A stretch of DNA of 64,000 bases from Macrostomum lignano (Eukaryota): positions 1 through 64,000 of the forward strand of contig NIVC01000266.1 of NCBI GenBank assembly GCA_002269645.1, given 5' to 3'. Positions 45,466 to 61,665 of this stretch are shown here, piece after piece; the stretch's first letter is position 1; every line of letters begins with the position of its first letter. A program made the translations under genes and the position numbers. Below the pieces are notes generated by a model. The model did not search any database and was not told the DNA's origin. It saw only the letters and a list, made by a program, of their open reading frames with translations.

Positions 45466-48400
45466 ATCAGTGTCTCCGTCTCCGTCTCCCTCTCTCCTTG
45501 CCTCTCTCAGTGTCTCCGTCTCCGTCTCCCTCTCTCCTTGCCTCTCTCAGTGTCTCCATCTCTGTCTCCATCTCTCCTTGCCTCTCTCAGTGTCTCCGTC
45601 TCCGTCTCCCTCTCTCCTTGCCTCTCTCAGTGTCTCCGTCTCCCTCTCTCCTTGCCTCTCTCAGTGTCTCCGTCTCCCTCTCTCCTTGCCTCTCTCAGTG
45701 TCTCCGTCTCCGTCTCCCTCTCTCCTTGCCTCTCTCAGTGTCTCCGTCTCCGTCTCCCTCTCTCCTTGCCTCTCTCAGTGTCTCCGTCTCCGTCTCCCTC
45801 TCTCCTTGCCTCTCTCAGTGTCTCCGTCTCCGTCTCCCTCTCTCCTTGCCTCTCTCAGTGTCTCCGTCTCCGTCTCCCTCTCTCCTTGCCTCTCTCAGTG
45901 TCTTCATCTCTGTCTCCATCTCTCCTTGCCTCTCTCAGTGTCTCCGTCTCCGTCTCCCTCTCTCCTTGCCTCTCTCAGTGTCTCCGTCTCCCTCTCTCCT
46001 TGCCTCTCTCAGTGTCTCCGTCTCCCTCTCTCCTTGCCTCTCTCAGTGTCTCCGTCTCCCTCTCTCCTTGCCTCTCTCAGTGTCTCCGTCTCCGTCTCCC
46101 TCTCTCCTTGCCTCTCTCAGTGTCTCCGTCTCCGTCTCCCTCTCTCCTTGCCTCTCTCAGTGTCTCCGTCTCCGTCTCCCTCTCTCCTTGCCTCTCTCAG
46201 TGTCTCCGTCTCCGTCTCCCTCTCTCCTTGCCTCTCTCAGTGTCTCCGTCTCCGTCTCCCTCTCTCCTTGCCTCTCTCAGTGTCTCCGTCTCCGTCTCCC
46301 TTGCCTCTCTCAGTGTCTCCGTCTCCGTCTCCCTCTCCCTTGCCTCTCTCAGTGTCTCCGTCTCCGTCTCCCTCTCCCTTGCCTCTCTCAGTGTCTCCGT
46401 CTCCGTCTCCCTCTCTCCTTGCCTCTCTCAGTGTCTCCGTCTCCGTCTCCGTCTCTCCTTGCCTCTCTCAGTGTCTCCATCTCTGTCTCCCTCTCTCCTT
46501 GCCTCTCTCAGTGTCTCCGTCTCCGTCTCCCTCTCTCCTTGCCTCTCTCAGTGTCTCCGTCTCCGTCTCCCTCTCTCCTTGCCTCTCTCAGTGTCTCCAT
46601 CTCTGTCTCCCTCTCTCCTTGCCTCTCTCAGTGTCTCCGTCTCCGTCTCCCTCTCTCCTTGCCTCTCTCAGTGTCTCCGTCTCCGTCTCCCTCTCTCCTT
46701 GCCTCTCTCAGTGTCTCCATCTCCGTCTCCCTCTCTCCTTGCCTCTCTCAGTGTCTCCGTCTCCGTCTCCCTCTCTCCTTGCCTCTCTCAGTGTCTCCGT
46801 CTCCGTCTCCCTCTCTCCTTGCCTCTCTCAGTGTCTCCGTCTCCGTCTCCGTCTCTCCTTGCCTCTCTCAGTGTCTCCGTCTCCGTCTCCCTCTCTCCTT
46901 GCCTCTCTCTGTGTCTCCATCGCCGTCTCCCTCTCTCCTTGCCTCTCTCAGTGTCTCCATCGCCGTCTCCCTCTCTCCTTGCCTCTCTCAGTGTCTCCAT
47001 CGCCGTCTCCCTCTCTCCTTGCCTCTCTCAGTGTCTCCGTCTCCGTCTCCCTCTCTCCTTGCCTCTCTCAGTGTCTCCGTCTCCGTCTCCCTCTCTCCTT
47101 GCCTCTCTCAGTGTCTCCGTCTCCGTCTCCCTCTCTCCTTGCCTCTCTCAGTGTCTCCATCGCCGTCTCCCTCTCCCTTGCCTCTCTCAGTGTCTCCGTC
47201 TCCCTCTCTCCTTGCCTCTCTCAGTGTCTCCGTCTCCCTCTCTCCTTGCCTCTCTCAGTGTCTCCGTCTCCGTCTCCCTCTCTCCTTGCCTCTCTCAGTG
47301 TCTCCATCTCTGTCTCCCTCTCTCCTTGCCTCTCTCAGTGTCTCCGTCTCCGTCTCCCTCTCTCCTTGCCTCTCTCAGTGTCTCCGTCTCCGTCTCCCTC
47401 TCTCCTTGCCTCTCTCAGTGTCTCCGTCTCCGTCTCCCTTGGCTCTCTCAGTGTCTCCGTCTCCCTCTCCCTTGGCTCTCTCAGTGTCTCCGTCTCCCTC
47501 TCTCCTTGCCTCTCTCAGTGTCTCCGTCTCCGTCTCTCCTTGCCTCTCTCAGTGTCTCCGTCTCCGTCTCCGTCTCTCCTTGCCTCTCTCAGTGTCTCCA
47601 TCTCTGTCTCCCTCTCTCCTTGCCTCTCTCAGTGTCTCCGTCTCCGTCTCCCTCTCTCCTTGCCTCTCTCAGTGTCTCCGTCTCCGTCTCCCTCTCTCCT
47701 TGCCTCTCTCAGTGTCTCCATCTCTGTCTCCCTCTCTCCTTGCCTCTCTCAGTGTCTCCGTCTCCGTCTCCCTCTCTCCTTGCCTCTCTCAGTGTCTCCG
47801 TCTCCGTCTCCCTCTCTCCTTGCCTCTCTCAGTGTCTCCATCTCCGTCTCCCTCTCTCCTTGCCTCTCTCAGTGTCTCCGTCTCCGTCTCCCTCTCTCCT
47901 TGCCTCTCTCAGTGTCTCCGTCTCCGTCTCCCTCTCTCCTTGCCTCTTTCAGTGTCTCCGTCTCCGTCTCCGTCTCTCCTTGCCTCTCTCAGTGTCTCCA
48001 TCTCCGTCTCCCTCTCTCCTTGCCTCTCTCAGTGTCTCCGTCTCCGTCTCCGTCTCTCCTTGCCTCTCTCAGTGTCTCCGTCTCCCTCTCTCCTTGCCTC
48101 TCTCAGTGTCTCCGTCTCCGTCTCTCCTTGCCTCTCTCAGTGTCTCCATCTCCGTCTCTCCTTGCCTCTCTCAGTGTCTCCGTCTCCGTCTCCCTCTCTC
48201 CTTGCCTCTCTCAGTGTCTCCGTCTCCGTCTCCCTCTCTCCTTGCCTCTCTCAGTGTCTCCGTCTCCCTCTCTCCTTGCCTCTCTCAGTGTCTCCGTCTC
48301 CCTCTCTCCTTGCCTCTCTCAGTGTCTCCGTCTCCCTCTCTCCTTGCCTCTCTCAGTGTCTCCGTCTCCGTCTCCCTCTCCCTTGGCTCTCTCAGTGTCT

Positions 48401-48590
48401 CCGTCTCCGTCTCCCTTGGCTCTCTCAGTGTCTCCGTCTCCCTCTCCCTTGGCTCTCTCAGTGTCTCCGTCTCCCTCTCTCCTTGCCTCTCTCAGTGTCT
48501 CCGTCTCCGTCTCTCCTTGCCTCTCTCAGTGTCTCCGTCTCCCTCTCCCTTGCCTCTCTCAGTGTCTCCGTCTCCGTCTCCCTCTTCCTT
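45466..48590. repeat. 40-bp (34-46 variants) pyrimidine-rich minisatellite CTTGCCTCTCTCAGTGTCTCCGTCTCCGTCTCCCTCTCTC, ~3.1 kb
   Basis: Period 40 is visible in the column alignment of 46381-47160. Confidence 0.97.
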
Positions 48591-48619
48591 CTCTCCTTGC
48601 GTCTAATAATGTCTCAAGT

Positions 48620-48685
48620 AAGAAATCGAACCTCGGACCTTTCGCACGAGAGCGTGTAGAAACGCGATAAGCCACCGCAGCGGGT
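48620..48685 (-). pseudogene. tRNA-like (Val-like) relic or SINE head
   Basis: Minus strand GTGGCTTATCGCGTT...GCGAAAGGTCCGAGGTTCGATTTC resembles the D-arm and T-arm of tRNA-Val (GTGGTTATCACGTT...GCGAAAGGTCCCCGGTTCGAAAC). No intact acceptor stem. Confidence 0.4.
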
Positions 48686-49069
48686 TAAAACAATGCCGTG
48701 TTTATCTTATAAGCTTATCTACTAACCAACTGGCATCCTGAACGTCTCTATGGGCACGTGGGAATTCTATATTCAATAACATCCAGCGCGTAACACACAG
48801 TATTGCCTTAATGAGGCCTATGAGATTCTACATTACTGCTATGGCAGAGTTATAACTGGCATTGCGTCATACAGACCTATCTGTGTGCCAACTAAGCTTG
48901 CGGAAAGTTTTAGCTTATCAACCGCCAGAGCCAGTCTCTTGGGAGGTAGGAAAATTATTAGTTTTTTATCTTCTTCTGCTCCCGATTCTTGGAATGATCC
49001 CCTTTTCGTGGGAACTTGCCGCATCCTGGCTGATGGTTTGGTGTGTAGTAGGCGGGTCTGTGGAAGGGA

Positions 49070-49715
49070 CTAGTGGATTGCTAGTCTAGCCAACAAGGAT
49101 TTAGAAGCGGACTGGATTGCTAATCCTTGACGAAAGAATAGAATGGATAGCTAGTCTAGCCAACATCCCTGGTGGAGGAATAGAATGGATTGCTAATCTA
49201 GCCAACATCCCTGATGGGGGAATAGAATGGATTGCTAATATAGGCTGCATCATTGATGGAGGAATAGAATGGATTGCTAATCTAGCCAACGTCACTGATG
49301 AAGGAATAGAATGGATTGCTAATCTAGCCAACATCCCTGATGGAGGAATAGAATGGATTGCTAATCTAGCCAACATCACTGATGAAGGAACAGAATGGAT
49401 TGCTAATCTAGCCAACGTCACTGATGAAGGAACAGAATGGATTGCTAATCTAGCCAACATCACTGATGAAGGAACAGAATGGATTGCTAATCTAGCCAAC
49501 GTCACTGATGAAGGAATAGAATGGATTGCTAATCTAGCCAACATCCCTGATGGAGGAATAGAATGGATTGCTAATCTAGCCAACATCACTGATGAAGGAA
49601 TAGAATGGATTGCTAATCTAGCCAACATCATCGATGAAGGAATAGAATGGATTGCTAATCTAGCCAACATCCCTGATGGAGGAATAGAATGGATTGCTAA
49701 TCTAGCCAACACGGA
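49070..49715 (+). repeat. 39-bp minisatellite GGAATAGAATGGATTGCTAATCTAGCCAACATCACTGATGA
   Basis: About 16 copies. Confidence 0.95.
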
Positions 49716-50389
49716 TTAGGATGCAAAATTAATTGCTAATCTCAACCACACTCGCTTTCTCCCCTTCATCGTCAGGGAAAATTACTCACATCGATAAAAT
49801 ATCCACAATTAAAATTCGTGCATCAGATTAAGAAATTGTCCCATTCAAAAATCCCACAGGAAGCGAGTGCAGTGGATAGCAGTTGGCTTGAGAATGAAGA
49901 GTAGCAGGTCTCAGATTGACCGCTAGCACCTATCATTAAGAACAGGTTCCCCTCTCCACCAAGTCGCGTGCTAGCGTTGGTCCACTTCTCGATGACGCAA
50001 TCGGATCCCCGAGCTCGCACGCACCAGTCCAGCCTCCACCTCAGCAGGATGAAGCGTAGCGGATTCACCCGGAGCGGGAAATGCGATAAGAAAATTGCCA
50101 CGAACGAATGTTTCTTGTCACTTTTCTGCAACCTACTTTATCGTGTTCCAGCCTCTGCTGCTTTCGCTACAACACCTGGTTTTTCTGTTCTCTTCTCTTC
50201 CTTTCGCCTCTCTTCCTTCCTCTCTTTATTCCGTCATTCAAAACTGCTTTTGCGTGACCGGCGGTTCCATTCAAGTTTGGTGGGGGTCACGACCCCCCCT
50301 GGGATTTCTACAACTCGTGTGTAAATTGGTTCTGAAAATTGTAGATCTATGGCTTCAAAATATCCCACTGAATGACTCCGTGGGAATGA

Positions 50390-51315
50390 TTCCATGTGAA
50401 TGATCCCATGTGAATGATCCCATGTGAATGATCCCATGTGAATGATCCCATGTGAATGATCCCATGTGAATGATCCCATGTGAATGATCCCATGTGAATG
50501 ATCCCATGTGAATGATCCCATGTGAATGATCCCATGTGAATGATCCCATGTGAATCATCCCATGTGAATGATCCCATGTGTGAATGATCCCATATGTGAA
50601 CGATCTCATGTGAATGATCCCATGTGAATGATCCCATATGCGAATGATCCTATGTGAATGATCCCATGTGAATGATCCCATGTGAATGATCCCATGTGAA
50701 TGATCCCATGTGAATGGTCCCATGTGAATGATCCTATGTGAATGATCCCATGTAAATGATCCCATGTGAATGATCCCATGTGAATGATCCCATGTGAATG
50801 ATCCCATATGTGAATGATCCCATGTGAATGATCCTATGTGAATGATCCCATGTGAATGATCCTATGTGAATCATCCCATGTGAATAATCCCATGTGAATG
50901 ATCCCATGTGTGAATGATCCCATATGTGAACGATCTCATGTGAATGATCCCATGTGAATGATCCCATATGCGAATGATCCTATGTGAATGATCCCATGTG
51001 AATGATCCCATGTGAATGATCCCATGTGAATGATCCCATGTGAATGATCCCATGTGAATGATCCCATGTGAATGATCCCATGTGAATGATCCCACGTGAA
51101 TGATCCCATGTGAATGATCCCTGGATCCCATGTGAATGATTCCATGTGAATGATCCATGTGAATGATCCCATGTGAATGATCCCATGTGAATGATCCTAT
51201 GTGAATGATCCTATGTGAATGATCCTATGTGAATGATCCTATGTGAATGATCCCATGTGAATGATCCCATGTGTGAATGATCCCATATGTGAATGATCCC
51301 ATGTGAATGATCCCA
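50390..51315. repeat. 14-bp minisatellite GAATGATCCCATGT
   Basis: Directly visible. Confidence 0.96.
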
Positions 51316-52439
51316 TCGTGGTCCCACTATTTCTCTAATTGTCACTCCCAGCGAGTTCTCCGGTTTCTTGGACCTGACAACAATGGGTCTCCCCAGCATC
51401 CCAACAAAAATGAGTCAATCGGGATTCAATAAGAACACTCCAGACACAGCCTGTGAATTTTTTTCTTTTTGTTTTTTTTTGTTTTCCATTGATTGGTTGG
51501 AAGCTGGTGGAAACTGCCTCTTTGTTGCCAGGGTGGGACCGGAAGAGGTTCGGATGGGGATATTTTGATCAAACAGTTCGATTTGGGGTCCTCCCAGCGG
51601 GCGGTCCTGTTTTGCCAAACAGCGGGAAATCCCAGATTATTCCCTGGCCGGCTCTGGGGGGGGGGGGAATTTCACTTTCCTTTCTGTCGGACGTGCCAGC
51701 GGAAATCTCAGTAGCCATTTTTGCTTCCTCATCCCCACGGCCTGCAGATCTGGCCTTCGGCCAGCCGCTTTAACCAACAGCGCCGATTCTCGGGACCCGG
51801 CCGTCCATTAAAGCGGCCCCGAGGGCTCGGCTTTGCGGATAGAGACAGGGGGGGGGGCATCGGCCAGTGACCCCCTCCCCTCACTAATCAGCGATTATGC
51901 AATCCTATCAGCACTGGGCGAACACTGGGATAACTGAAAGGGCGTAAATCCCCTCCCCCTAGATTCTCCCAGGCATTCTTTCTCCACACACACACATATC
52001 CCCCACTTGCCCTGGACCGTGTCTCCTAGAAGAGAAACAAGAAGACGCTAAAAAGGCGTTTATTCAGCTTTTTTTCGTTTTCTTCTTCTTCTTTCTCCGC
52101 CCTTCTTTGAAAAAGCAAGATTTGCTGGCTAAGTGCTGTCGGCAGAGAGAAGCGGCTGGAAGGGCGGCTGTTCCTCCCCCCACCCTCATTCGGATCGGAG
52201 ACTGGCGGGGGCAAGATAATCTGGTTATTTTGCTCGAACTCAAATCCTCTCCAGCTGCAGAGAGGGTGGCTGGCGAAATCCTCTCCGTCAGACAAAATGC
52301 AGCTTAACTTGGGGGAGGCAGGTGGCTTGGGACAGGTAGGTTAATGATAAAGAAATGGATTTAAGCAAAACAGTTGTATTGTGCTTTGAGATCGACCTCT
52401 CGCATCATTAGCTCTTATCTAATCAACCTCCTGCACCTC

Positions 52440-52995
52440 CCCTTCTCCCGCCCCCTCTCCTTCACCTCTCATTCTCACGCCCCCTCTCCTTCACCTCTCA
52501 TTCTCACGCCCCCTCTCCTTCACCTCTCCTTCTCACGCCCCCTCTCCTTCACCTCTCCTTCTCACGCCCCCTCTCCTTCACCTCTCCTTCTCACGCCCCC
52601 TCTCCTTCACCTCTCCTTCTCACGCCCCCTCTCCTTCACCTCTCCTTCTCACGCCCCCTCTCCTTCACCTCTCCTTCTCACGCCCCCTCTCCTTCACCTC
52701 TCCTTCTCACGCCCCCTCTCCTTCACCTCTCCTTCTCACGCCCCCTCTCCTTCACCTCTCCTTCTCATGCCCCCTCTCGCACTCCTTCTCACGCCCCCTC
52801 TCGCACTCCTTCTTTCGCCCCCTCTCGCACTCCTTCTCACGCCCCCTCTCGCACTCCTTCTCACGCCCCCTCTCGCACTCCTTCTCACGCCCCCTCTCGC
52901 ACTCCTTCTCACGCCCCCTCTCGCACTCCTTCTCACGCCCCCTCTCGCACTCCTTCTCCCACCCCTCGCCTTCACCTCTCCTTCTCACGACCCCC
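52440..52995. repeat. 29-bp then 24-bp pyrimidine-rich minisatellites (CTCCTTCTCACGCCCCCTCTCCTTCACCT / CTCGCACTCCTTCTCACGCCCCCT)
   Basis: Directly visible. Confidence 0.93.
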
Positions 52996-53524
52996 CTTGC
53001 ACCTCTCCTCCTTCACCTCTCCATCTCCCACTCCGCTCTCATTTATCCTATATGAAGCAGTCACAAAGGCCAGTAAAATTTCCACGACTTGGTCTGTTGG
53101 CCCAAATCCTCCATTTCAATAAACATCCGTTTCCATGCCAAGACATAGGAACTAAAAATAACCTAAGGGTGAAGGGTGTTCAGCATCTGTCCAATAGAAT
53201 TTTTGTGGAGATTCGAGGCTGGGATTTGTCTTGCTAGACTAAGCTTGGCCAGGCTTTGGCTAAAGACACACAAAAACTGATCGAGAACAAAGGAGCTGAG
53301 GATATATCCGCGGGATAAAACGCGTCACATCCCTTTGAATTTTCCCAAGCTTATTTGCTTGGCCGGCAGTTCAGCACCACCACCCCCGGCTTAATGTGGC
53401 CCCGATCAAAGACTGCATTCGATAGCTGACGGCAGCAGTCGGCAGCTGACGATAGCGACAGGTGGGGGTCAAGGGGGTATAAACAGCAGTTCATGGGTGC
53501 AAATAGGATGAGGTGACCGGGAAA

Positions 53525-55763
<2,239 letters not shown>

Positions 55764-56335
55764 CCAGTCTTTATTTACGGCAATACCGAAGCTCACTGAC
55801 AGCATGGGGATAAAAAAGCAGCGAAAAGGCCCGGTCTGCCATCCCATTGTTTGTTCTCGGGCTTCTTTTTCCCGGAACTCTCCGTTTCCCCCGAGCTCAA
55901 GCAAACTTGGATCCGGGTTTTTACTCCGCATCTGTCGCCCTCCCGCCTCCCAGAACTCCTCAGTTCCGGTGCTGGGCAGGGTCAGTGCAGCGGGCAGACA
56001 AATTCGGGAATAAATTCCCCTTTCTTAGATAATTACACAATGGGAAAATTTTCTCCGTGTTGGCAAGTCGCCGGTCACGTGACCTGCCGGGACAGGCCGC
56101 CTCTCCCGTCCGGAAGTGGGGCCTCTGTGTGCGTGAAAATTCTCCTGCAAAATGTTTATTAATACGAAATAAAACTTATGTCGCAAGTTGGGGTTCGGCT
56201 GGATGAGTTTCACGACTCAAAGCGATGCGTGTCTCGCTCGATACTTTGAGTTCCCTTTTAGCAGTTCTCGCTACACGGGACTGGCCTTATTCAGTGTTGT
56301 GGCTTGAGTCAGCTCGACTTTGAATCTGACTCAAG

Positions 56336-56570
56336 TAGGAGAGAGAGAGGGAGAGGAAGAGAGACGGAAAGGGAGAGAGAAGGAGAGGAAGAGAGTTTGT
56401 GAGAAGGGGAGGGAGAGAGAGAGGGAGAGAGAGGGAGATGGAGAGAGATTGTGAGAAGAAGAGGGAGAGAGGGAGGGGGAGTGCGAGAGAGAGGGAGAGA
56501 GGGAGAGGGAGAGAGAGAAAGGGAGAGGGAGAGGGAGAGGGAGAGAGCGGAAACAGAGATGGAGATTGGG
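56336..56570. repeat. GA-rich low-complexity tract
   Basis: Directly visible. Confidence 0.9.
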
Positions 56571-57594
56571 GAGACTGTACAAGTCCCTAAGACTGGTGTG
56601 AAATTCAAGATCAAGTAGAGGATCAGATTAGAGACTGACCCTCCGTTACAGCCTGAAAGTACAGATTCGGGCCATAGACAGAACCTGCACATGCACCCAT
56701 TCCACTCGTAGAGCCGTGGATTGACCGCCTTTTATGCTATTAGACTGGCTAAGAAAGGCTGTCATCCTGACTTGAATATTTCAAAATTTCTGACACGTGA
56801 AAAATTCTGAATTGACCAGAGAGGTTCTCATATCTCATAGCTAATCAAAAGCTTTCCCATGCAATTTTTTTGCGGAAAAATACTCGACTCACTCAACCGA
56901 GGCCGAATTCCCAAAAACAAAGCGCCCCTGTCTGCATTGACAAATTGTGAAAAGAAGCACAGAAGCGACAAATGATGCTTTCCGGGTTGCCCATGTCTGT
57001 TCAAGAGGATTTGCTTACGCCCTGACCTGCAGCTTGGCTGCCTGCCTAGCTCGAGGGTCGTTGGGATATTAATCCCCAATATTGGTCTCCTTTCGGGTTG
57101 TCGGCTTATGCCGTAATCCCCACACAGTCTCAGCGATGACGCAATCGAAGGGTCGCCATCCGATTCAGCCCCAGCCTCCTTCTCTGTCTCCATCCGACAA
57201 AAAACTATTCTGTCACAGGTGCTACAGCAACCTCGATTTGCTCTACTAAATATTAATATGTTGTTTTTACAAGGGATTAAGTGCAGACAGATTAGCTGCC
57301 CCTCAGAATATTTGTGTCGATTTGACCAACTGTGTATTGGCTTATTGTGAGTTGCGCAATAATCCTACGTGGGGGGGATTATCGTGAGAGGCGGTGAGGG
57401 TTCAGTCAGGGACTGAGGGCATTAGGGACTGTGAGCTTGCATAAGTTAACTCTTTTTATTTTCTTTGTGTGCTGTTGAGTTTGAAGAGGAAAAATAATTC
57501 CTTCGATTGAAGATCCCGTGCCCTCGATTGGGTGGAGGCTGTTCGCGCCATCGTGAGAAAATTATGACTGGGAGAGTGTATGGATAAAGGTAGA

Positions 57595-58740
57595 TTTTAG
57601 ACTGAGAGCTAGAGATCAGGAGACTGAGAAGTAGATAGGAGATTGAGAGGTAGAGATCGTGAGACAGAGGTAGATAGGAGACTGAAAAGTATATTGGAGA
57701 CTGAGAGGTAGATACGAGACAGAGTGAAAGAGATCGGGAGACTGAGAGGTAGATTGGAGATTGAGAGGTAGATAGGAGACAGAGTGGAAGAGATCGGGAG
57801 ACTAAGAGGTAGATAGGAGACTAAGAGGTAGATAAGAGACTAAGAGGTAGATAGGAGACGGAGTGGTAGATAGGAGACTGAGAGGTAGATAGGAGACTGA
57901 GAGGTAGATAGGAGACGGAGTGGTAGATAGGAGACTGAGAGGTAGATAGGAGACTGAGAGGTAGATAGGAGACGGAGTGGTAGATAGGAGACTGAGAGGT
58001 AAATAGGAGATTGAGAGGTAGATAGGAGACTGAGAGGTAGATAGGAGACTGAGAGGTAGATAGGAGATTGAGAGGTAGAGATCGTAAGACAGAGGTAGAT
58101 AGGAGACTGAGAAGTAAATTGGAGACTGAGAGGTAGATACGAGACAGAGTGAAAGAGATCGGGAGACTGAGAGGTAGATTGGAGATTGAGGTAGATTGGA
58201 GACTGAGAGGTAGATTGGAGACTGAGAGGTAGATTGGAGATTAAGGTAGATTGGAGACTGAGAGGTAGATTGGAGACTGAGGTAGATTGGAGACTGAGAG
58301 GTAGTTAGGAGACTGAGAGGTAGATAGGAGACTAAGAGGTAGATAGGAGATTGAGAGGTAGATAGGAGACGGAGTGGTAGATAGGAGACTGAGAGGTAGA
58401 TAGGAGACTAAGAGGTAGATAGGAGATTGAGAGGTAGATAGGAGACGGAGTGGTAGATAGGAGACTGAGAGGTAGATAGGAGACGGAGTGGTAGATAGGA
58501 GACTGAGAGGTAGATAGGAGATTGAGAGGTAGATAGGAGACGGAGTGGTAGATAGGAGACTGAGAGGTAGATAGGAGATTGAGAGGTAGATAGGAGACGG
58601 AGTGGTAGATAGGAGACTGAGAGGTACAGTAGATAGGAGACGGAGTGGTAGATAGGAGACGGAGTGGTAGATAGGAGACGGAGTGGTAGATAGGAGACTG
58701 AGAGGTAGATAGGAGACGGAGTGGTAGATAGGAAATTGAG
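57595..58740. repeat. 19-bp purine-rich minisatellite GAGACTGAGAGGTAGATAG / GAGACGGAGTGGTAGATAG
   Basis: Directly visible. Confidence 0.94.
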
Positions 58741-59944
58741 AAGTAGAGGCAACTGAAGAAGACGTGGTGGCTGCAGATGACTAGAGGAAAAAGAGGGTCG
58801 CAAATGCTACGAGTAAATGAGTATAAAAAAGGTTATATAAAACCAGCAAAATGACTGCCGAAAGCCGCCCTCACAAGGCCTCTCGCTAATTACTCAATGC
58901 TCTCCCCGTGAAGTGTCTGCCAAAAGCAAGGAATTCTGTTTCATAAAATTCCACAAAAGATATCAAATGGTGTTGTTTTTTATGTGACTCAACACTGATT
59001 TTCACACAGTCAGTAGCCTGATGAAGCGACACTCTAAGAGGCTGACTGCCCCTCTCCTGGTTGCATCATCATCATCGATACTAAGGGGATTGAAAAAGAA
59101 GAAAATTGATGCAGCAGATGAGATGCTGCAATGGCCCCACCCGTACAAAATGAGATGCCGCAGGATGAGCTGATGAAGGGTTGAGGCTGATGCTGGCACT
59201 GGTTCTTCTCTCTTTCCAGCAGTTCAGCCAGAAAGAAGGGTCAAAAGCCACTTAAGGATGCTGGGCCTCCATCCCCAAGGAGAAATAGTGTTAGGGGGGT
59301 CAGGGGGCACGGGGTGTCAAGAGCTTCCTACTGAAGTGTCTGCCTTCCCCCGCCTCATCCCCAGCCTCTCCGCAATGGCTGATGCAGCGGGAATCCACTC
59401 GACTCCGGAGCCTGGGCGATGATATCCCCGCGACTCCAGAGTCCGCGGGTCCTCCGCAATGGGAATTCTAGGCGGTGACCTCCGTGACCCCCCTGCCTGT
59501 GTAGAGCTGAGAAGCCGGGTGCTCAACAGCTGGTGTGTGCCACGGCCAAACATTTGGCAAATCTGGGCACTGAGCACTGGACATCTCAGGGCCAGGTTTC
59601 TGAGCCCAACGTCTGGGGATCTCAATGGGATAAATTTATTGTGTAGTTCCCCAGCTGCATTTTATGACTCTCACTCAGACTCGCCACTTCTTGCCACTCC
59701 AGTGCGTCACTCAATCGCAACTGAGCATTTGAACAGTCTTCTGCGCTCCTGTCTGTCTTTTGGCCTCTGTTAGACTAAGCTGTTCGTGATATTGAGAAAC
59801 CCGCATGAGAATGGGATAATTATATATTATTACTTTAAATTTTGCATTAATCAATTCTATTTGTGAATAGAAAGATAAGTGGCTGGCTGCATCCATATGC
59901 AATTTCATTCCATTATTGCCCGCGGCAACATGGGCCAGAAAATG

Positions 59945-61665
59945 TCTAACCATTCTATTCATTTCTATATGATGCTGGATAGATTAGCAATCCATTCTAT
60001 TCATTCATTCGTGATGTTGGCTAGATTAGCAATCCATTCTATTCCTTTTTATATGATGCTGGATAGATTAGCAATCCATTCTATTCCTTTTTATATGATC
60101 CTGGATAGATTAGCAATCCATTCTATTCCTTTTTATATGATGCTGGATAGATTAGCAATCCATTCTATTCCTTTTATATGATGCTGGATAGATTAGCAAT
60201 CCATTCTATTCCTTTTATATGATGCTGGATAGATTAGCAATCCATTCTATTCCTTTTTATATGATGTTGGCTAGATTAGCAATCCAATCTATTCCTTTTT
60301 ATATGATCCTGGATAGATTAGCAATCCATTCTATTCCTTTTATATGATGCTAGATAGATTAGCAATCCATTCTATTCCATTTATATGATGCTGGATAGAT
60401 TAGCAATCCATTCTATTCCTTTTTATATGATGCTGGATAGATTAGCAATCCATTCTATTCCATTTATATGATGCTGGATAGATTAGCAATCCATTCTATT
60501 CCTCTTTATATGATGCTGGATAGAGTAGCAATCCATTCTATTCCTTTTATATGATGCTGGATAGATTAGCAATCCATTCTATTCCTCTTTATATGATGCT
60601 GGATAGATTAACAATCCATTCTATTCCTTTTATATGATGCTGGATAGATTAGCAATCCATTCTATTCCTTTTATATGATGCTGGATAGATTAGCAATCCA
60701 TTCTATTCCTCTTTATATGATGCTGGATAGAGTAGCAATCCATTCTATTCCTTTTATATGATGCTGGATAGATTAGCAATCCATTCTATTCCTCTTTATG
60801 ATGCTGGATAGATTAGCAATCCATTCTACTCCTTTTATATGATGCTGGATAGATTAGCAATCCAATCTATTCCTTTTTATATGATCCTGGATAGATTAGC
60901 AATCCATTCTATTCCTTTTATATGATGCTGGATAGATTAGCAATCCATTATATTCCATTTATATGATGCTGGATAGATTAGCAATCCATTATATTCCATT
61001 TATATGATGCTGGATAGATTAGCAATCCATTCTATTCCTTTTTATATGATGTTGGCTAGATTAGCAATCCAATCTATTCCTTTTTATATGATGCTGGATA
61101 GATTAGCAATCCATTCTATTCCTTTTATATGATGCTGGATAGATTAGCAATCCATTATATTCCATTTATATGATGCTGGATAGATTAGCAATCCATTCTA
61201 TTCCTTTTTATATGATGTTGGCTAGATTAGCAATCCATTATATTCCATTTATATGATGCTGGATAGATTAGCAATCCATTCTATTCCTTTTTATATGATG
61301 TTGGCTAGATTAGCAATCCAATCTATTCCTTTTTATATGATCCTGGATAGATTAGCAATCCATTCTATTCCTTTTATATGATGCTGGATAGATTAGCAAT
61401 CCATTCTATTCCTCTTTATATGATGCTGGATAGATTAGCAATCCATTCTATTCCATTTATATGATGCTGGATAGATTAGCAATCCATTCTATTCCTTTTA
61501 TATGATGCTGGATAGATTAGCAATCCATTCTATTCCTTTTATATGATGCTGGATAGATTAGCAATCCATTCTATTCCTTTTATATGATGCTGGATAGATT
61601 AGCAATCCATTCTATTCCTTTGTATATGATGCTGGATAGATTAGCAATCCATTCTATTCCTCTAT
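59945..61665 (-). repeat. 38-39-bp minisatellite ATATGATGCTGGATAGATTAGCAATCCATTCTATTCCTTTT, an inverted relative of 49070-49715
   Basis: Its reverse complement GGAATAGAATGGATTGCTAATCTATCCAGCATC matches the 49-kb unit GGAATAGAATGGATTGCTAATCTAGCCAACATC. Confidence 0.95.

Noticed and set aside
49117-49719. ORF with a 13-aa repeat (GIEWIANLANITDE)
   Set aside because: The 39-bp unit is a multiple of 3, the opposite strand is equally open, and the related array at 60-61.6 kb varies between 38 and 39 bp.
56890-56950. FVNADRGALFL resemblance to a PDE GAF domain
   Set aside because: Only about 10 residues, overlapping a polypyrimidine tract and acceptor, with no flanking GAF similarity.
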